Source: Nemertoderma westbladi
Taxonomy: Eukaryota; Animalia; Xenacoelomorpha
DNA: 64,000 nucleotides
Reading direction: 5' to 3'
Assembly: GCA_032718475.1 (NCBI GenBank)
Contig: JAUCBJ010000877.1
Span: 62,001 to 126,000 of the forward strand
Below the pieces are notes generated by a model. That model saw only the letters and a list, made by a program, of their open reading frames with translations. It ran no database searches and was not told the DNA's origin. How positions within the stretch are numbered: position 1 is the stretch's first letter; the number at the start of each line of letters is the position of its first letter. The position numbers and the translations under genes were made by a program. Of this stretch, positions 63,311 through 64,000 are shown piece by piece.

Positions 63311-63679
63311 TCCGCCCCCCCCCCCCCCCCCCGCCCCTGCTCATATCTCGAAAACTACTGGAGCTATTAAATTTTTATTTGTTTCATCTGAAAGAGGACA
63401 TAATTTTAGTTAGAGACAAGTACTTTCGACGCTCTAGACATATTTTTTCAGGGATTCTATCTAAGAGAAATAACTGGCCCACTAAATTTGGATGCTTTGC
63501 AGCAGCTTGGCGGGTTGTATCTATAGTAGGTCATGATAGGCCTACTGTATTTTTTGCCACGCCAATATATTTCCATTTTTCTCTGTATCGAATGACGACA
63601 CCGATATTTTCTCTACTAATGATTCAGATTGTGGTGAACAGACCATGGGTACTGACAGCAATATTAATATTTTTCAAAA

Positions 63680-64000
63680 TATTGACCCCGATAATAATCT
63701 GAATATGGCAAATAAGCACAATGGATGGGTATTACAACGAACAGCAACTGAGTGGTGTTCTTGACAATAAAGCAACCTTTTCGGTTTTTCACTTAAATTG
63801 TCGTAGCATCAGGGTAAATTACATTCATGCCGTGGATTACCTGCAGTTAATTAAAAATAAATTTGACATTATCTGCTTTACCGAAACATTAGATAGCACA
63901 GATAACTTTGAGGGTTAATTGAGGTCAGGGTCCATATTGACAATCGTAAGTATGGTTGGTTGCGCGGTGGAGTTGCTATTTATGTACGGAATAATGAAAT
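63680..64000 (+). mobile_element. Start of CR1/L2/Crack-like LINE ORF2 (APE endonuclease), decayed, runs off the window
   Basis: NIDPDNN, FSVFHLNCRSI, FDIICFTET, GGVAIYV motifs. Confidence 0.82.

Overview
AT-rich eukaryotic (most likely invertebrate) DNA made almost entirely of nested transposable elements. It contains: two decayed copies of one BEL/Pao LTR-retrotransposon family in opposite orientation (1-10530 minus; 41923-~50660 plus); a second BEL/Pao family (13291-21139 plus) split by a foldback MITE with a 9-bp TSD; a decayed APE-RT LINE with ~105-bp flanking direct repeats; one host-type gene (GT31 beta-1,3-glycosyltransferase pseudogene); several MITEs, LINE fragments and minisatellites. 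Two structures stand out. (1) A 7.4-kb unit (21659-29106) bounded by LTRs of the first BEL family and a 5-bp TSD has no gag/pol. It carries one decayed ~1400-codon ORF with a WRN/EXD/RNase D-type DEDDy 3'-5' exonuclease and three CCHC zinc fingers, ending just before the PPT. (2) An intact 1487-aa CRE-clade RT/RLE ORF has a ~365-aa in-frame Pro/Val repeat between QGDP and YADD and sits between long inverted repeats of a DNA-transposon type. All family assignments come from motif recognition by eye; no database search was run.
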